Assembly: GCA_030141605.1 (NCBI GenBank)
Contig: JAQGDQ010000024.1
Span: 682,001-746,000, forward strand
Reading direction: 5' to 3'
Source: Tubiluchus corallicola
Lineage: Eukaryota; Animalia; Priapulida
DNA length: 64,000 nt
Of this stretch, positions 45,382 to 56,646 are shown piece by piece. Every line of letters begins with the position of its first letter. The first letter of the stretch is position 1. Made by a program: the position numbers and the translations under genes. The notes beneath the pieces were generated by a model, which saw only the letters and a program-made list of their open reading frames with translations, had not been told where the DNA came from and did no database searches.

Positions 45382-48300
45382 ATGTCTGAAGTTTTGGTTG
45401 ATGAGATTTGGTTGGCCCTAGGAAAATGGGGTCGCTACCAGTGGCGAGTCCTTGCACTTCTCTTGCCACTTGGCATAGTTTGGGCTTTTCAGCAAATGTC
45501 AACTCCTTTTCTTGCTGCTCTACCATCTAGTTACCATTGCACTGTTGAGGGTAACTACAGTCTAAATGAAACAATACCTTGGGTTGAAGGCAGTGATGGG
45601 TTGGCTTTAGCACAGTGTGAAATGTATGTAAATCTGTCAGCTAATGAGACAATGAAATGTGACAATGGGTGGAATTACCCAGACGATTTTGCTGGAAGCA
45701 TTATAACACAGGTAGGAAGAATATTTGTGAACATTTTTTAAAATTTTGAACAAAACCTAAAAGACAATCTTGCACATTATTTCTCCTTTTTTAAATCTTA
45801 TTTTGCCTTTACGTGTGTTTTTATTGACTACACTATATTTATTAGTATCTACTTTACGTACTGCTTATTAAATAAAAATCAAAGAGTTATGTTATTGTAT
45901 CACTATTTTATTGTGGTAGAATGAATCTATGGTAGTTAAAGTCTATTTTAGCTTTTTTGTATTGTTGCTGTTTTTACATCTATTCATTTTTTCTTTTGTT
46001 TTTCAGTGGGATCTGGTTTGCGACGATCAGTACAAGATCAGTCTCAGTGTTTCAATAATGATGGTTGGTATCATGGCTGGTAATTGGAAAGTTTCTGAAA
46101 TATCCGATCATTTCGGTCGCAAGAAGGCAAGTTTGTTTCAACATATCACATGTCGTGCACCAACAATTTGATTTTCTTCTTTAATTAGCTCTAGTTAAAC
46201 AAGTAAATTAGTTTATATTCTTCAGAAAGCTGTTACGTTTTTTGTTGTATTAATAAATTATTATTTTGATCAATATCACATGAAATTTATATCACATGCA
46301 AGTTATCGCACGAAATTGTGATTAACGAACTAAATTTTGTTTACTAAACAATCAAACCATTAAAATTTTTGTAATCGTTGTAATGTTAGTTAATAAGCAT
46401 TAATCAAATTGCAGCTAATTAAGCCCACACAGTTGAAGATTTGAAAGTTGCTGTTGTTGCGCAGGTGTTGATTGTATCTCTTGCCCTGCAAATCATCATT
46501 GGTGTCCTCATGGCTGTCAGTTGGAACTATTGGGTTTTCTTCAGTTTACGTTTTTTTATGGGAATTTGCATTAGCGTAAGTATTTTTGCACATTACAAGT
46601 TTTTCATTCAAATCATTGCAAACAGTATATGGGGATGAACCCTGCCCATTAAAAAGTAAACATATGTTGCAAATCACAAGGTGGTTTCCTTGTCACTATG
46701 TTACGACATGCAGTAAGGTCGTTTAGTTTCTACTTCTTGGCAATGAACTTAAGAAGATGAACTTGATAACAGAAAAGTAATAGATTGTTAACCACAAAGG
46801 ATTTTCAGTAACTTTTGTTACTGTTAACTGTAAAAATATAATCTGTTCTCTAATAATGCTTTAAAAAGAAACCACTTTCAGAACAAAGATGAGTATGGAG
46901 TTGATCTTGATAAGTCCTCCATTTTTTCTTAAGCATTAGCAGAATTCAGTAGTTTGTTCATTGATCAGCAATATTAGAATTAACATATATGTGTAATCTC
47001 TGTCTAACGCTGTATAGTGGACTTTCTAAACATCATGGTCTCGTAATTAATGTTATAGATCAAAAATGATTTATGAAATTATGCTTTTAGTTACTACTAC
47101 ATAATAGTACCTTAGTACTACAATAGTAACAGGGTTTAGTTTTTTGTAAGTATCAACATGATCTTAATATTTATTGGGAATGGAAGCACTCCGTAAAGTA
47201 AGGTATAAATTAATTCCCATTCACCATAGGTTAAAATGATTTATGAAATTATGCTTTTAGTTACTACTACATAATAGTACCTTAGTACTACAATAGTAAC
47301 AGGGTTTAGTTTTTTGTAGGTATTAACGTGATCTTAATATTTATTGGGAATGGAAGCACTCCGTAAAATAAGGTATAAATTAATTCCCATTCACCATAGG
47401 TTAAAATCGCTTACAAGTTAGCGTAGTCTGAAGCTTTTGCTTTACCAGGAGAAACAGTTAAATTCGTTGATTTTTGCTGCATAAGCAACCTGCTGTTGAC
47501 CATCTTGATTTTCATGTGGTATGATGTCACCTGTGTTAGACACCCGCAGCAAGTGTATTGCAAAATAAACAGCAGCTACAGTTATTACAAATGTACTAGG
47601 ATAGGTGTTCTCGCTTATCAAATTGTATATTTCGGTTACATGTTCCATTTTTACCTGTTTTTTTAGTCTAGTTATGGTGGCATATAGGTGCCACTGCTAT
47701 GTAGGTAGGGCTTATGTGCAGATATTCCAACCTGTGATGTCCCAAATAGGAAGCTTCAGCTACTGATCTGATTGAGGGAGCACTGTAAGTTCTCCCATTA
47801 GGTTTTTGCATTATAGAATTTTCAGACAGTTATAATACCAAATCTGGCAGTTGAAATTTCTTTTTCCATTAGCATTTTAGCTCTTTAAAAGGGTGCTCCC
47901 CTTTAGCAATATTTAGTCTCTAATGGTCACCCTACCGTACTGCTGTGCACAATGTAGATCTACATCAAAGTTGACTGTCTTGATTTATGACTTTATATCA
48001 TAATTATGTGGAGGTGTTGCCTTACACAGCTGTTAAAAGCAGATTCGAGTCTTCTCTGAATAATCATTATACACACTATGCAGTATTATACTTTTGCAAA
48101 ATTATTGAAATATTAAATTACAGTGCCGTAAATCATTTGTGTTCAAATGAAAACGTTTAAATTTTGCATAAATGAGATTTCATTTATTTTAATAGAAATT
48201 TTGACTCTTAGTTATGTTCAGTTGTACGAGCGGTACATGTTACCAAACAGTGTTATCAAGGCATGGTAGTGTCGAAGTTCTACACAACCCGTATTTGCAA

Positions 48301-51300
48301 AAAATAAGGGGTTTCAATAGACTGCTCATGAGATTAATACTTACCCTATAGCATGTACAATGCAGATATAAAGATAGTATTTTTTCTTGCTGATAACTTT
48401 CATAAGCTTTGCGAAGTAAATCCACATTCTGTGCAGCATTACTGATGATTCACACCAATGACGACACAATCAGCTGTGCGTACTTCAAAACTAAGATGGC
48501 GAAACACGATTTCCTTTACGATAAGTTATCTGTAGGATCAGTAGGTGGTGCTTACAATGCTTAATGAAGCTTTAAATTCAATGAAAATGGTATGCTCTTT
48601 TCACTTTCACTGTAAGAACTTTAATTTAAACCTTCCTTTCTGAAGTGCTTCTATCCCCCTTTAAAACACAACAGTTTGTTCATTAAGTGGTATGCTGTTA
48701 TGCTTGTCTATTTTAGGGTTTTGGCATATGTGGTTACATTATGCGCTGTGAACTCCTTTCCCATTCTGAGCGCATTTACGGGATATATATACTTGGTAGC
48801 ATAGTGTGGAACATTGGATTAGCTCTTTTAGCACTGCTGGCATGGCTGGTACCAAACTGGAGAAAACTGCAGCTTATACTTACTGTTCCTACAGTTGTTC
48901 TTCTTTCATATTGGTGGTAACGTAATGTTTGTTACTGACAGTAGTCCTCTCCTTTTATAAACAACTATCAAATGAATACTAGCACATATAATTAAAAAAC
49001 AAACATTTGTTGACTTGTCTTGCTGCAGTGTTATGCTTTGCTTACAAAAACACTGGTTAATATACTAAGTTTTTCACTAAGATTGTCACAAGTTGTGAAA
49101 AACTTTCACTGTTACTGCACATGAAATTATGTAGTACTTGTTTGTTTTTGCTTGTTTTTAGGCTTGTACCAGAATCTCTTCATTGGCTCATAACACATGG
49201 CTATTATACTGATGCTAAAGCTATCATTAAAAAAGCAGCAAAGGTGAATAAGGTTCAACTGAATGAGCACGATCAGGACAGATTGATGCATGGACTTGCT
49301 AGTGCTGATGGTGCTGATGGAAAGCAAAAGACTGAAACTAATAACAGTGCACTACATGTTGATCTAAGTGCCGATGCTGTAAACCCTGCAGAAAGTGTGG
49401 CCTATGCTACAGAGGAAAAGCTGACATTGCTAGATGTATTTAAACATCCTTATCTGCGATGCTACTCCCTTGTTCTAGGATATTTGTGGTAGGTTAGATA
49501 AGTGCACTATGATGCACGTGTTTGGCATTGGCTATCCTTTAAATTGCTTGTTTTAAGAAATTTTTTGTGTTATTTTTTCTGTCTGTTTCTATGGCCTCAT
49601 GTGCAGTTTTCCCTATTTTTAATTTACTATTTTCTCATTTTAGGTTTGTTGTCAATCTTGTTTACTATGGCTTGTCATTAACCATTGGGCAGCTACCTGG
49701 CAACAGCTTTCTCATCTTTGCTATGTTTGGCTTGTGCCAAATGCCTGTAGATGTGTTAACTGCTTTTCCAATTAACAGGTAGAACAACTTCTTAATGCTG
49801 CTAACAATTATTATTTGTTGAAATTTCTTATTTTCTATCTATCTCTCAAGTACTTCACCATTTTGTTGTTTAAGGAACTTGCTTCAATTGCAAACTTTGA
49901 CTTCCAACTACTAAAAGTTAACATTTTGCTGGAATTTTTTTCTTTGTGAGGTGACTTAAATGCTTTAATAGAAACTTTTTGTGTAGAGTCTTTATTTTTG
50001 TGTTGGTTTTAGAGTAGGACGACGAATTCCACTTTGTTTATCCACGTGTCTGGCTGGTGTATTGCTGCTCAGTGCTGTTCTAATACCGGAAAATACTCGT
50101 AAGTGTAGCTATCATGCATATTCTCAAGTTACTGTTTAACAGTTTTAGACAATTTAAAGCTGTCTTTTATGCAATGGATGGCTCAGTAATCTAGCAACTT
50201 TTTAGTACTTTTGTAACTTGTACTTTTTTACATTTTATATGTAATATTTATTACTTTAATTCAGTTTATTGATTTAGTAAAGTGCAAGATAATTTAACTT
50301 ATTTTACAACCTTTTTGCCATCCAGTTTAAAGTCACATGCATAAATAACATGATGTAATTGTATGTATGATTTTTACAAATCCTGATTAGTGAAACTTTT
50401 ATTTAAAAATCAAAATTTGAGAGGAAGGTGTGGCATAACATCCAACAGTGTCTTTTTTGGTTTCTGAATATTATGTTAATTTGATGCAACAAGTGCTGTT
50501 TTTAAACTTTTTTCAGAAAGTGGGATGGATATATCTTGGCTCATTACAACAGTAGTCATGCTGGGAAAAGTGAATGTATCTGTTGCCTTTAATGCCGTGT
50601 ATCTGTACACAGTAGAGGTTTTTCCTACTGTCGTAAGGTAAGTTTATAAGTCTGTAATATGAAATATTATTCATGCCTTATTTTGCTTTTCCTTAATGTC
50701 TCTCTCGTAAAGCTAAAACACTCAATGTTCTGGAATGCGAGTGCAGTGCAGTAGTCTTAGAACAGCTGAACGGAACTTTCGTACTCTAGAGATTACTCAG
50801 CAGACTTGCACACGTGATGACATGAGTGCAGTGGCCTACTCGACCATTCTCGACAAAGCTTTAGCTAACACATTTTTGCAGGAGGAATAGGTCTTAAGGT
50901 CTCTCGGAAAATTTATCATTTTTCTGAGCTTATGCAAATTGACAAAAAATTACTCCTTACTGGATGGTCTGTATAGGTTAGTGAGGCAGATAATAAGTTT
51001 CCAGCTTTTGTGACCTGGTGCATGTTATCTTAAAATGGGACTGAACGATGCAGTATAGTAATTTTAATATTTAATTTAATTTTTTACTGTATTGATAGTA
51101 TTTTGTCATCTGTATTCTTGCATTATGAAATGAAGTCAGTACAGATAATAATTTAATTTTTGTTAAAGGAAAATTTAGCTGCCTTTTGTAGAGAAAAAAT
51201 TAACGAAACGTTCTTGGCTCCTTTTTATTTCAGAAACATTGGCCTAGGATTCATGTCTTTCTGTACAGGGATTGGTGGAGTTTTAGCACCTTTCATCGTG

Positions 51301-52490
51301 TATAGGGTTTGTATGCTTTTCTTGTTTAAGATTTTTTGCTTGCTAAGGTTGTGTTAATTTTATTGTTATGAACTGCAGTTTGATTTTGTAATCATTGAAA
51401 ACTTACTTGGAAAATGTTCGTGTTTTTGCCATTGTATCAGAGATAATTTTTTATGTATACATTACCTGCTGTATTAATTCCAATATGCCTTAATATTAAT
51501 CTGTTTGACTAATACTCAATGGAAAGCATTTGTACTTAATACTAAACATTATGACAGAGCAAGAGAAGTCATGCATTTATTAACTGGCTTGACATTATGT
51601 CATTTATTTAATTACTGTTAAGGTTCCTTATGCAACAGAGCTTATATAACACTAATGCTGCATTGTGTAACTAATCACAAAAATTGTTGTAATGTTGCAA
51701 ATTTATCACCGTGTAACAAAAAATTATGCAGATTAACCTCTTTAGGGTTGCCTTCTGGCTGGGTCTTGCCACGGCCTGAATTTGCTCAAATTATTGGGCT
51801 GGTTCAGTTTTTTGTTGTTGTTGGCTAATATTTGTCTGATTGGACTACTGTATCTGTTCCCACTGTCAGTATGGTGTGCCCTATATTCACCCATGACATG
51901 TAGCAGATGAGACTAATGAAAAACCCTACATTGACTTCCTATATTAACTGACATTATTGTTACATAAGGCAGCATTTTTGTTGCTTAATGTTGTATGGCA
52001 ATATAATAACTATTTGTTACATAATGAGCCTTAACAGCTCTTCAGTAAGTGAACATTTTTTCATAATAAAAGAAAAAATACATAGCTTTACTGTTTATTG
52101 GCGTTGTTAATGTGCACACCAGTTAATAAACATACCCATCAATATGATAATGTACTTGCTTGTATACAAGTATCAGTATAATACTTGTATACAAGTATAG
52201 TAAACTGACACAAAAAAGAGTTAAGATTGCAAAGAATAGATCAATTAAAATTACACACTTACACAACCAAGGCTTAGTAGAACCTTCATTTGTTTTAGGA
52301 TGGGCAGTCTACACCATACATCATCTTTGCCTTCTTGGCTATCACCTCTGGTATATTCTGCATTATCCTTCCAGAAACGTCAGGTGTTAATCTTGGGGAT
52401 ACGCTTGATCAAGTCCTGAAACCTCATGTGGATATTACCTGTTGCAAATGCACACGTATAGGCAAACAAGGTAGAAAAGTAGAGAAATAG
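45382..52490 (+). CDS. SLC22-family organic ion transporter (MFS), tandem copy B, 10 coding exons, 564 aa
   Basis: Exons 45382-45711, 46007-46126, 46465-46575, 48717-48916, 49162-49488, 49644-49778, 50013-50098, 50517-50637, 51234-51306, 52299-52490. Intron positions and phases are the same as in copy A and the frame is continuous (1695 nt). Intron 2 has a GC donor. Confidence 0.92.
47063..47407. repeat. Recent 170-bp tandem duplication in SLC22-B intron 3
   Basis: aaaatgatttatgaaattatgcttttagttactactacataatagtacc...cccattcaccataggtt at 47063 and 47233 with only a few substitutions. Confidence 0.92.
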
Positions 52491-53252
52491 TGTTATTTAT
52501 TGAAATGATGTTATGTTACTTTTATTATTGTGAATCGAATGTGTGCGATGAGTTCAATCAACTGCAACTAAACGACATGCTGAATCCACTGAAAAAGATA
52601 CAGCTATTACATATTGTACCGAGTGTACTTTACCTGCTTCGTAAGTTAACCGAAACATTCATCTCAGATAAATTTCAAACTTACCTCAAAAAGATTCTCC
52701 ACATGTCAAACACTGCATAGTTCGTTCATTTGAACAACTTTATATTATAACTGAATTTTGTGAAAACTTCACAAATAAAAGGTTTTTGATATTTTGGTTT
52801 TCTGTCAACTCTCTGTATCTAATGTCACATAAGTGAATGTAAAGTGGGTGCAGAGTTTACCAAGTGGTAGCTGTATTGTAGTGACTCTAATTCCTGTGTG
52901 CTAGATAGTTTTTAAACCCACAAAGTTCGTTCAAATTGTTTTTCAGCTTCTCAAATTTGCAAATATCAGAGTAGTACCTCAACAACTAAGAGTGTTAATA
53001 TACTACTAAAATCGGTCAGCAACTTATGTTTGTGTTATATGTGATAATGACTGTACATATTAATAAATACTCATTGTAAATAAATTGCACTCTTCATTTG
53101 TAATTACTGGTGATTACAAGAAGATCAGAAAACAGCTTGACAAAAGTTAGTTTGACGTTTTCACTTGTGATTTTTGCCATATGACAAGAATTAGAAGACA
53201 AAGGCCTAGCAATGTGTCACTACCTTAAAAATCATCCCACATGCAATTTTAA

Positions 53253-56083
53253 TTTATTTGCAAATAGAAATCAACTTTTCTATTTTCGGCACATGTGTGG
53301 CACAAAATGAAATGTATAGAGACAGCATTTGTTGATTCTGCATTTATTTGCACTGCGCCAAGCATACTATACACAAAAAATGTATTTACTGCTTTACAAG
53401 TAGTAAAATGCCTAATAACTAGACTTGAAGTCAAGTCAGATACGTAACTACATGAGCGTACAAAAAAATCGTCTGCACTCACACTGAGGTACAAAAGCAA
53501 CTTATGACTTGTATGTAAACAAATCTGCGCACACAGTTTATGTGTACCGAGTAATCTCAGTTAGACAAAATGATGTCATTTACATCGTTTTGGCGAACGA
53601 AGTTTAGAGTCAAATTGAGATTGCTTGGTACAGCAAGTGTTTGTATAGTACAATATACACTTAAAGACAAGACACAAAAATGTGCTCTATAATACGAGAC
53701 ACTTTGGAATAAGTCTAAATGAGGTACACGAGTTTACAAGATTTGAGGTAAAAGTATGACCTTCCCTGAACTACAATTACAACCTGATTTTACCTGATTT
53801 TTCACTATTCAGGTAAATGACCTACACATTATTATAATAATATTATAATTATGGTTTGAAACACCTATTTGTTTAAAAATTGTTTCAAGCAGATTTTAGT
53901 TATATATCCAGCAGACACACATACACACACCGGGTAACTTGCAACATGGCTAGACAATATAATACGATAATTATTTAAGTATTGCCAGCAGAGGATACAT
54001 TCCACAAAACATATTATACACAGTAAGATACATAGACCCATTTTATACAATTATGTATCTGTAATAAATGTTCAAAGTAAAATTGTCTAACAATACAGAG
54101 CAGGATTATTATATCATAGCTTCTATATCATAACCTGGATATTGAGCTCCCATAACGGCTATACTTACAGAAGACTATTTCTTCCATTAATAGTAAAACA
54201 GTTCCAAAATGATTATGCGATTTGGATCATTTCGATGTAAACTTTAAATAGATTATCACCAGGAAAATTACACACTTATAGATAGTATAAATTAACATGA
54301 ACAAAAAAATCAAATAAAATTTATCGTTAACAACTATATCAATAAACGCAACTTAAATAAATTCATGATTCAACGTCGTAAATTTAGAATAAACACGTAC
54401 AAAACAGCCATATCAAAATCTAATGAATATACAGTTAATTAACCTTGCTTACTATCACATGCCCCCACAGTGTTTTATAAGTTTGTAGGTTCTATAAACA
54501 GGAATGTGACTTTGTCAAAACCCAACAGGGTAATGAAGACATGCCAACTGATGCTGTTTTCTTACAACGGATATAACTGGGCATTTTAAAAGATAATTTT
54601 CGTATGTAAAAGTGAGAAACTTTCTAAAGGTAAAATACAACATAGTGTTACTTATTTTTCATTAACTGGTTTGTCTCACTACAAATTTACTATACAACAC
54701 TTATCTAGTGCACAAAAAGCTGGTAAAAGTTCACAAAGTAAAAAAAACTAGCATTTGATGATCATTCAGCCATAATTACATTAAATACGAACTTGACTTT
54801 TCTTAAACAATGAATTAGAGGTGCTCATAATAGTTTAGAAAATTATAATTCAAAACATAATTTAAGGAACTATTATTTATTTACCCGTACATTTATAGTA
54901 CTTCATATAGAGACGAAATTTATGAGATAGCAGTGAGGTTTTAGTTACACGAAGGTAGAGTTAACGCACTCCTTAAATTGGGTTCACTTTTTCTGACGTT
55001 AAAATATTGTACAAAAAACAAAGGATCCATCAAAGTAAGCAGCCTCATTGATGAATCACTAACATACGACTGACGTTGGGTTGCTGCAACAAGTTATTTC
55101 TATTCACTAGTTTTGCATTATTTATTATATTCATAATTTTATTAAACTACACACCGACACTACATGTACAAAAAGCTGATACGGTTATATAATTTACAAT
55201 GCAAATACTGTAATGTATGTTAGCATGTTTTTGATTAACTAACAGTCACCTTAAAACGCTGACTTTCAATGTATTGTGTACAGACGGCTTGTGAAAGGTT
55301 CATGAACAATAAGGATACAAACGACTTTCACCGCTTCACAACAGCAATCTACACAAAATACATTTAATACACAATACAATGCCCATTTATGCACTGGGAC
55401 AAAAAAGCGACCTGAATACAATACCCATTTTTATGAGGCCAAGTTTTCTTCTAACTGCACAAATCAACTCATAATATGATCAGAAATGTAGTAGGCCAAT
55501 AAAAAGACTTTGCACTTTTAGCATGACTAGTACAAAGGCTTTTTGTAATTCTTGCGAATGTTGATATTACTTGTACACTTATTTAGGTACCCATCCCGGT
55601 ACGTAAACAATAAAGCTTGCTTTCCCTGTAAACGGAAATGGAAGATTGAATGATTTTCACATTTTTAGTTAATCATGTAGATTAGAAAAATCAGGCAGCA
55701 CCGACAGCATCTTTTACAATTAGGCTTATTCTTTTCATTTCTACTAGCATTTGTAAAGCTGCAGAAACACCAGACGAATGCACCACCCATCTCATGACGA
55801 ATGCACCACCCATCTCAAGGTCTTTTTTCTTATCAACCAAAACTGTGCAGTCTGCAGACTAACAAGTGATGATAAACATGTAGCAAATTAATGAGAACTG
55901 TCTTCATTGCACCCCTTTGCGAAAACACAGGCAGTGTGCATGGTGTATATAACTACCAGCACTATCTCTTGAAGTAGCACAGATGATAAAGCACAAACAC
56001 AGTTCATATGTACAGGTGACAATCAGAATTGAGCTAGGAATTTTCTTTTCAACCAGTGTGCAAATCCAACTCCAACTTTCGGG
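53253..56083 (-). other. Putative long 3'UTR of the zfh2/ZFHX-like gene
   Basis: Follows the stop at 56084; AU-rich, no recognisable TE. Minus-strand AATAAA at 53253-53258 and 53343-53348; convergent with SLC22-B. Confidence 0.5.
55773..55817. repeat. 23-bp tandem duplication
   Basis: gacgaatgcaccacccatctca occurs twice. Confidence 0.85.
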
Positions 56084-56646
56084 TTAACTGAGACCATTTG
56101 TTGCTGGAATGGGGTTGTTACCGGAACATGCTAGATTGTGTGACAGTGATGAGGTAGGGGTGTATTCTTTCACAAGCTTACTTTGCTTATTTTCCATTTC
56201 ACCATTTTGCACATTCCTCACGTGAGATTCCAGCTTACAGTGAAACTCGTACTCCTGCTGTGTTGAGTAGGTGTCATTACAAACCTCGCACTTGTAATGA
56301 CTTTGCACAAGTGTCAGAATGTTGCTCCTGTCATTCGGGGCTTGTCCCGGAAAGCAAACTGACATCTGGTGGTTGTTGCACAAATGTTCGGTAGGAAAAA
56401 CTAGGTGGCATTTTTTACACACGAAACCCACCTCTGTTTCATGATGAACGGTGACGTCACAATCGCGCTCCGGGATCACCCGACGCAGGTCAGAAATTGA
56501 ACGGCCGTCTTGAGTGAAGCGTGCTGTATGTGCTGTGCCCCCGGCCAATTTGTTGCCTATATCCTGAAGTGCAGAAGCAGGTATTTGCAGCATGTTTAAT
56601 GGCGTCCCATATGTCAACGGATCATAAGCTAACAGTCCCCCTGTAC
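56084..56646 (-). CDS. zfh2: Terminal coding exon of a zinc-finger homeobox gene (zfh2 / ZFHX3/4-like); upstream exons not found in the window
   Basis: Acceptor ttgtttcag| at 56647/56646. Encodes YDPLTYGTPLNMLQIP..FTQDG..EVGFVCKKCHLVFP..HQMSVC..LVQSHYKCEVC..FHCKLESH, which matches my recollection of the invertebrate Zfh2/ZFHX C-terminus (C2HC plus U1-type finger). The ORF-track start at 56713 lies in intron. Confidence 0.75.

Noticed and set aside
46127-46171. SLC22-B as a pseudogene because exon 2 lacks a GT donor
   Set aside because: A perfect-consensus GC donor at the homologous position restores a full 564-aa frame.
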